Below, piece after piece: positions 62,470-64,000 of a stretch of 64,000 nt of DNA. The notes under the pieces are model-generated. The model had not been told where the DNA came from and searched no databases. It saw nothing but the letters and a program-made list of their open reading frames with translations. Within the stretch, counting starts at the first letter, position 1. Every line of letters starts with the position of its first letter. Position numbers and translations under genes: made by a program. The DNA is from Raja brachyura (lineage: Eukaryota), in contig OY740792.1 in the NCBI GenBank assembly GCA_963514005.1, forward strand, positions 47,616,001 to 47,680,000, read 5' to 3'.

Positions 62470-62830
62470 AAAGACACGTGCTGGAGTAACGTGGGAAGGA
62501 ACTGCAGAATGCTGGAGTAACTCAGCGGAACAGGCAGCATCTCTGGAGAGAAGGATTGGGTAACATTTCGGGTCGACAAGATGAGTCTGAAGAAGGGTCT
62601 TGACCCGAAACATCACCCATTCCTTCTATCCAGAGATGCTGCCTATCCAGCTGAGTTACTCCAGCATTGTGTGTCTATCTTTGCTGGAGTAACTTGGCGG
62701 GTTGGGTAACGTTTTGAGTCGTAACATCAACTATCTCTATGTTGTCCAGAGATGCGACCTTGAAACATCACCTATCCATGTTGTCCAGAGATGCGACCTT
62801 GAAACGTCACCTATCCATGTTGTCCCGAGA
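62470..62830. mobile_element. Cluster of Penelope-terminus repeats (fold-back plus short tandem copies)
   Basis: Inverted arms at about 62510-62575 and 62600-62665; hammerhead-like core at 62587-62614. Confidence 0.7.
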
Positions 62831-62834
62831 TGCT

Positions 62835-63091
62835 GTTGTGTGGAGTTTGCATGTTCTCCCCGTGACCTGCGTGAGTTTTCTCTGGGTGTTCTGCTTTCCT
62901 CCCACACTCCAAAGATGTACAGATTTGTAGGCTGATTGGCTTTGGTTCGTTTTCTCGTGTGTCAGACGACGTACAGCTTGTTGTTGTTCTTCTGTCGTTA
63001 TCCAACATGTTGACAGAATCTGGTCAGCACGGACTCAGAGGGACGAACGGCCTGTTTCTGCGCTGTATTTCTAAACTAAACTAAACTAAAC
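62835..63091 (+). mobile_element. HE1-like SINE, 5'-truncated
   Basis: tggagtttgcatgttctccccgtgacctgcgt... with ctaaactaaactaaa tail. Confidence 0.8.
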
Positions 63092-63594
63092 CATGGCTGT
63101 GTAGACAGACACAGCTCCAACACCATCTTTAAATTTGCCAGCAATACCACCATCATTGGTCAGAATATATGAGGCAGATTGACAATCTAGTTAAATTGTG
63201 CCAGAACAAGGGTGGCGCAGCGGGAGAGTTGCTGTCTTGCAGCGCCAGAGACCCGGGTTCGATCCTGACTGCAGGTGCTCGGTTTCCTCCCACACTCCAA
63301 AGATTTACAGGTTTGCAGGTTAATTGGCTTCCGTAAATTGTCCCGTGTGTATGTAGGATAGTGCTGTATGTGTATCCTACTGATAGTGTATGTAGGATAA
63401 AATACATCCTGATAATATCCTGATACTAATGTTTCACATTATGTATTCCAAACTTGATTAAAATGGGCAAGAAGGATGTGTTGCTCATCACCAGCTGTAG
63501 CATTTCTGTCAACGACTACATAAAATAACCTCTTATCTAACTAGGCCTGTGGGAAAAGTCAATATCTCATCAGAAGCGTAATGTCAAAACTGGG

Positions 63595-64000
63595 ACATCG
63601 AAGGTTCAGCCGCACGTCCGGGTGCCAGTTCAAGACTTCGCGGTGCCTCGTCGACGTTTCGACCACGTCCACGTGGATATCGTGAGGCTGCTGCCTCCGT
63701 CCCACGGAATTTCACACCTGCTTATGGTGGTGCACCGTTTCACCCGGTGGCCGGAGGCCATCCCGCTTGTCGATGCCTCGACCATGTCATGCACCCGTGC
63801 CCTGGTGGCCTATTGGGTTGCCCGTTTCGGGGCACCGTCCGACCGGGGTGCCTGATTCACGTTGGAGCGGTGGTCAGCAATGGCTCGCCCGTTGGGGGCT
63901 CAGCTCCACCACTCGACGGCCTACCGCCCCCAGTCGAATGGATTGGTGGAACGTTTCCACCGCCGGCTTAAGGATGTTTTGAAGGCTTGCCTCACCGGTC
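63595..64000 (+). mobile_element. Ty3/Gypsy LTR retrotransposon integrase fragment, decayed; runs off the window
   Basis: RFDHVHVDIV, RFTRWPEAIPL, WVARFGAP, SDRG, a stop codon, then TAYRPQSNGLVERFHRRLK. Confidence 0.9.

Larger units (their letters stand above)
15786..64000 (+). other. POLA1: POLA1 last intron (terminal exon not identified in the window)
   Basis: Starts at the GTaagg donor. I did not find the terminal exon (GYSEVNL-type motif) by eye, so it is probably downstream, but it could have been missed. Confidence 0.6.

Overview
Vertebrate genomic DNA, most likely from a cartilaginous fish (skate/ray-type repeat families; this is an inference). The window lies inside the 3' part of POLA1 (DNA polymerase alpha catalytic subunit, + strand). 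Two coding exons are visible, at 5459-5575 and 15689-15785. The rest is intronic and corresponds to the ARX/POLA1 conserved-enhancer landscape. Three odd-length N blocks sit in unique, CNE-like sequence where human ultraconserved elements are expected. The introns carry an intact 5.3 kb DIRS1-type tyrosine-recombinase retrotransposon (22315-27625) with perfect ITR/ICR structure and a candidate -1 frameshift signal. They also carry a 137-bp TSD-flanked retroposon that begins exactly at a minimal HDV-like ribozyme (7742-7878, - strand). Other elements are two related non-autonomous Helitrons with different internal minisatellites, two 22-bp palindromic micro-insertions with 8-bp TSDs, and Penelope-derived repeats with hammerhead cores. 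Tc1, Harbinger-like MITEs, CR1/Rex1/RTE LINE fragments, tRNA-derived SINEs and a Gypsy integrase fragment complete the repeat content. All calls were made by eye, and repeat boundaries not tied to TSDs or termini are approximate.
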